From positions 4,675 through 68,674 of the forward strand of contig CAVRNH010000006.1 of the NCBI GenBank assembly GCA_963722085.1: a stretch of 64,000 nucleotides of DNA. Reading direction: 5' to 3'. The position numbers and the translations under genes are program-made. The DNA comes from an uncultured Methanosarcinaceae archaeon. GTDB lineage: Archaea > Halobacteriota > Methanosarcinia > Methanosarcinales > Methanosarcinaceae. Shown piece by piece: positions 63,617-64,000 of the stretch. The stretch's first letter is position 1, and every line of letters starts with the position of its first letter. Under the pieces are notes generated by a model. It did not search any database, had not been told where the DNA came from, and worked only from the letters and a program-made list of their open reading frames with translations.

Positions 63617-63856
63617 CATTATTTAATAATCAATTTGACTTTCTTTTTTGGCTGCATTCTCTAAACCTTAGGAAAGTACTCAGGCTAACAATCCAGTAGC
63701 ATTATTAAGAAACAGCAAGCTGGCAGATGGCCTGTAGCTACAATGGTGAGATGCCGCACATCGCAAAAACACAGGCCTTAAGCTACAGGCTTAGTCTCAG
63801 TCCATGAATCATTATCAAATATAAATATAATTTTAAAAAACTGGCTGATAAGTACT

Positions 63857-64000
63857 TCAATTAATTCCCTTAAGTAATACTTTCGCAGTCTCCCTCACGC
63901 TTCTCTCCGACGTATAGGCTGACTCCCATCCTATGCCCTTGAGTTTTTCAATGCCTAATCTCATCCTTGGTACATCGCCTTTCCAGCCTCTGCTCCCGCC
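63857..64000 (-). CDS. C-terminus of an NAD-dependent sugar epimerase/dehydratase (runs off the window)
   Basis: The reverse strand reads GGSRGWKGDVPRMRLGIEKLKGIGWESAYTSERSVRETAKVLLKGIN*. Confidence 0.8.
   Translation of the reverse strand, partial: GGSRGWKGDVPRMRLGIEKLKGIGWESAYTSERSVRETAKVLLKGIN

Noticed and set aside
63699..63792. GCCTGTAGCT/AGCTACAGGC inverted repeat as an RNA gene
   Set aside because: It is a single 10-bp stem between convergent genes with no promoter evidence, and more likely a terminator or mobile-element scar.
1..64000. tRNA, rRNA, SRP or RNase P genes
   Set aside because: No characteristic signatures were recognised on either strand by eye.

Overview
This is a low-GC archaeal chromosomal window, almost certainly from Methanosarcina (inferred from the MtaA-family methyltransferase, F420-dependent oxidoreductase, disaggregatase/PKD and PGF-CTERM surface proteins, and ISH3). 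Housekeeping genes (purP, leuD/leuB, ribose-1,5-bisphosphate isomerase, pyrH, larB/larC, asd, aroA', dut, mtaA) alternate with accessory tracts. The mobile content is one intact IS481, three decayed IS (IS701, IS630, ISH3) and several MITE families. The most notable signals are: (1) a co-oriented radical SAM/SPASM + divergent EgtD-like methyltransferase + altered arginine-deiminase-like operon, converging on two UbiA prenyltransferase paralogues (44.3-49.8 kb), a candidate undescribed biosynthetic pathway; (2) ORB-like boxes and AT-rich tracts between convergent genes at 26.3-27.9 kb with no cdc6/orc1 in the window, a candidate initiator-unlinked replication origin; (3) two copies of a covarying double-hairpin RNA with AAUAGGG loops upstream of mtaA; (4) a ~180-nt stem-closed candidate sRNA at 24 kb; (5) apparent ATT and ACG start codons, unannotated 50-aa ORFs and nested MITEs. 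All calls were made by eye from the sequence; no searches were run.
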